A DNA stretch of 63,056 nt, the filler included, from Anaerolineae bacterium (GTDB lineage: Bacteria; Chloroflexota; Anaerolineae; B4-G1; DUEL01), in NCBI GenBank assembly GCA_041082215.1. It is 15 parts of 15 records of this genome, joined end to end, with 100 filler letters (N's around TTAATTAATTAA, not from the genome) between each part and the next. Parts side by side here need not be neighbours in the genome. Positions count along the whole stretch, not along the records: positions 57,847 to 60,552 come from JBDOIF010000143.1; positions 60,653 to 61,886 come from JBDOIF010000152.1; positions 61,987 to 63,056 come from JBDOIF010000018.1; 12 more parts are not named here. One strand, 5' to 3'. The notes below the pieces were generated by a model. That model had not been told where the DNA came from. It ran no database searches and saw only the letters and a program-made list of their open reading frames with translations. The translations under genes and the position numbers were made by a program. Position 1 is the stretch's first letter. Every line of letters starts with the position of its first letter. Below, piece after piece: positions 60,322 through 63,056 of this stretch.

Positions 60322-60552
60322 GTGCGCGTCGGCTACCCCTGCATTAACCTCTCCCTGGACTGCCGCCCCAGCCGCACCTTCCGGCTGGCCAACCTCACCT
60401 GGGAGCGGCTGCGGGAGACGGTGGTCGGAAACCTGGCCTGTCTGGAGCGCATCCTGCGCTGGAACGCCGAGCGGGGCCTGTTCTTCTTCCGCATCACCTC
60501 CGACCTGGTGCCGCTGGCCTCCCACCCGGCCAACCACTTCCCCTGGGACGAG
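60322..60552 (+). CDS. uvsE: UV damage endonuclease, N-terminal fragment
   Basis: RVGYPCIN...FFRITSDLVPLASHP. Confidence 0.85.
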
Positions 60553-60652
60553 NNNNNNNNNNNNNNNNNNNNNNNNNNNNNNNNNNNNNNNNNNNNTTAA
60601 TTAATTAANNNNNNNNNNNNNNNNNNNNNNNNNNNNNNNNNNNNNNNNNNNN

Positions 60653-61886
60653 TCGCCGCAGATGGCATAGACCGGTCGGTCGGGTCGGGCCAGCTTGGCG
60701 CCGATGGCGTAGGGGAGGCCGGTCCCCAGGTGGCCCGAATCGGCGGCCCAGAGGAAGGTGCGGGGCTCGTAGACCCGGTTCAGGTAGTGGGCCCAGAGGT
60801 TAGTGTTGCCGCCGTCCAGGATACAGATGGCGTTGCGGGGGAAGAACTCGCGCACCTCCCGCATCAGCCGCAGGGGATGGACCGGCTTCTGGTCGGAGAG
60901 GGCGCCGGCCTGGAACTGGGCCAGCCACGCCTCCTGGGCGGCCCGGTACTCCGCCATTTCGGGACGCTCCGGGATCGGCCCCGTCCGCCGCTTCACCGCC
61001 TCGATCAGGGCGCGGAGGGTGGCCCTGGCATCCCCGACCAGTGCCAGGTCCACCGGCCGGTTCAGCCCGATGTTCTCCGGCTCGATGTCAATCTGGATCA
61101 GCTTCTGCTGCTCCGGCTCTCCCCAGAAGGGAGGCTGCCCCCAGAAATCCACATCTCCCAACCGTCCGCCCACCAGGAGGACCAGGTCGGCCGTCGCCTG
61201 GGCCCCCAGCGCGCCGTAGCCTGCGGCGACCAGGCAGAGGGGGTGGTCCTCCGGCAGCACGCCGCTGGCCCCCACGCTGGTGGTGACGGGGGCGGAGAGG
61301 TACTCCGCCAGCTCGCGGACCTCCTCCCAGGCCCCGGCGCGGAGGACGCCGGAGCCGGGATGGATGAGGGGACGCTGGGCCTCCACCAGCATCCGGGCCG
61401 CCTCTTCGATCAGTTCGGCCGGCGCGACGGGGCCCTGCTGAGGCCGGTACCGCTCCGGAGGAAGGGGGCGGAAGGTGAGGGAGGATTCATCTCCGGTGGC
61501 CATCAGCACGTCCACGTGGAGGTCGAGGTGGACCGGGCGGGGGCGGCCGGAGAGGGCGATCCGGAAGGCCCGCTGGACCAGTTCCGGGATGCGCTGCCAG
61601 TGAGTCACCCGCGCCTGCCACTTCGTGATCGGCCGGAAGAGGTCCACCTGATCCAGCGACTGCATCGAGCCCCGCTCCGGATAGCTCTTCCAGGTCTGGG
61701 TCTGGGCCGTGAGCACCACCAGCGGGATGGAATCGGCCCAGGCGGCGTAGACGCCGGGCACCAGGTCGGCTGCCCCTGGCCCCACCGTGCCCATACAGAC
61801 GCCGGGCTGCCCCGTGACCCGGGCGTAGGCGTCCGCCATATGGGCAGCGGCCTGCTCGTGGCGGGTCATAATGAAATCCAGCCCCG
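60653..61886 (-). CDS. Thiamine-pyrophosphate enzyme (acetolactate synthase-like), internal fragment
   Basis: RHEQAAAHMADAYARVTG, GPG, LGTGLPYAIGAKLA. Confidence 0.88.
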
Positions 61887-61986
61887 NNNNNNNNNNNNNN
61901 NNNNNNNNNNNNNNNNNNNNNNNNNNNNNNTTAATTAATTAANNNNNNNNNNNNNNNNNNNNNNNNNNNNNNNNNNNNNNNNNNNN

Positions 61987-63056
61987 CGCCAGAACTTCAG
62001 GCGCTTCCTGACCAACTCTGGCGACCCGACCACCCTCTCCCATCCCGAGGTCCGGGCCTTCTGCGAGTCCCGCTCCGGCCTGGTCTGGGTCGGCACTGAC
62101 GGCGGCGGGATAAATGTCTTTGATCGCAGCCAGCTGCGCGTCCTTCATTTTCGCCACGACCCGTCGAATCCCGCCTCGCTTTCCAGCGACCGGGTCTTTT
62201 CCATAGTTGAGGACCACGACGGGGCGATCTGGGTCGGCACCTACGGCGGCGGCCTCAACCGTCTCAACCCCGATACCGTGGCCCAGCCAACCCCCTCCGC
62301 CGCCTTCACCCATTACCGGCAGAACCCGCGCCGCTATGGTTCACTCCCCGACGACCGCATTCGCACCCTCTTCGTCGACAGCCAGAACCGCCTCTGGGTC
62401 GGCACCGACGGCAGCGGACTGGTCCGCCTTGACCGCCAGACTGGCCGGTTCTTAAGACCTAAAATTTCCAGGATCATCTCCGCTGATGAAATCTCGGCGG
62501 GCTTCTCTGCTCGGCCGGCGCCAGCTTCTGCCGGCGCAGCCCCGGTCCCGGCACTTCCTGCCCCCCCTCTGTTCGCGGGAGCTCTCCTGACCGCGCCCTT
62601 CAACGCACCCGTATCAACTCCCGCACCTGCGCCCGGGCCAGACGATTCAAGGCCTGACTTCTCCGTTCCTGACCCCTTCACCATTGATCCCTCTGCTGCT
62701 CTCTCTGCCACCGGCTCTTCCGACCCCTCCGCCCCCGACTCTTCCGCTCCCGCACTCCCTCAAACCTCCCGCCCTCCGCTCGGCCCCCCATCCGCCCCGC
62801 TCCTTTCCGGCCGCGTCTTTTACATAACCGAGGACCGGACCGGCCACCTCTGGATCGGCTGTTACGGCCACGGCCTTGTCCGCTATAACCCCGAAACCGG
62901 CGAAGCCCTCCACCTTGTCCACGACCCGCTCAACCCCCGCTCCCTCAGCAGCAACTCGGTCATTAACGTCTTTGTCGACCGCGACGGGTTTGTCTGGGCC
63001 GGCACCAACGGCGGCGGCCTCAACCGCCTTGACCCGGCCACCCTGACCTTCACCCG
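61987..63056 (+). CDS. Two-component regulator propeller (Reg_prop) repeat protein, internal fragment
   Basis: Repeats of D..G.(L/I)WVGT.GGGL(N) in one open frame with no start codon in the contig. Confidence 0.85.

Overview
This window is not one locus. It is 15 short contigs joined by artificial linkers (N-run, TTAATTAATTAA, N-run), so adjacency across a linker means nothing. Contigs: 1-4995, 5096-9680, 9781-15056, 15157-21400, 21501-23741, 23842-25546, 25647-27532, 27633-29151, 29252-30687, 30788-48166, 48267-49482, 49583-57746, ~57847-60552, 60653-61886, 61987-63056. High GC, Pro/Thr-rich secreted proteins, 'xLPxV/I' C-terminal motifs and heptamer/REP-like repeats suggest a Chloroflexota (Anaerolineae-like) metagenome bin (inference). 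Housekeeping content: infC-rpmI-rplT plus a bS22-like gene, rpiB, glpD, an Rrf2 regulator with cysK, nrdR, a deoxynucleoside kinase, intein-bearing nrdJ, a radical SAM pair and glycosyltransferases. Accessory content: a copper/redox island with an unannotated UxxC selenoprotein, the trailer end of a CRISPR array, two IS elements and a divergent heme-copper oxidase. Three contigs (9781-15056, 23842-25546, 27633-29151) look like fragments of a plasmid/ICE-like element. They hold a lambda-O-like initiator with an embedded iteron origin, tandem SSB-like genes, a Replic_Relax-like nuclease, RadC and a DUF6094-like gene. The most notable signal is a shared two-state RNA architecture upstream of both radC and the DUF6094-like gene: a hairpin plus an SD/AUG-sequestering hairpin, versus an alternative 14-bp helix that frees the SD. 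All family assignments come from motif recognition by eye, not database searches.
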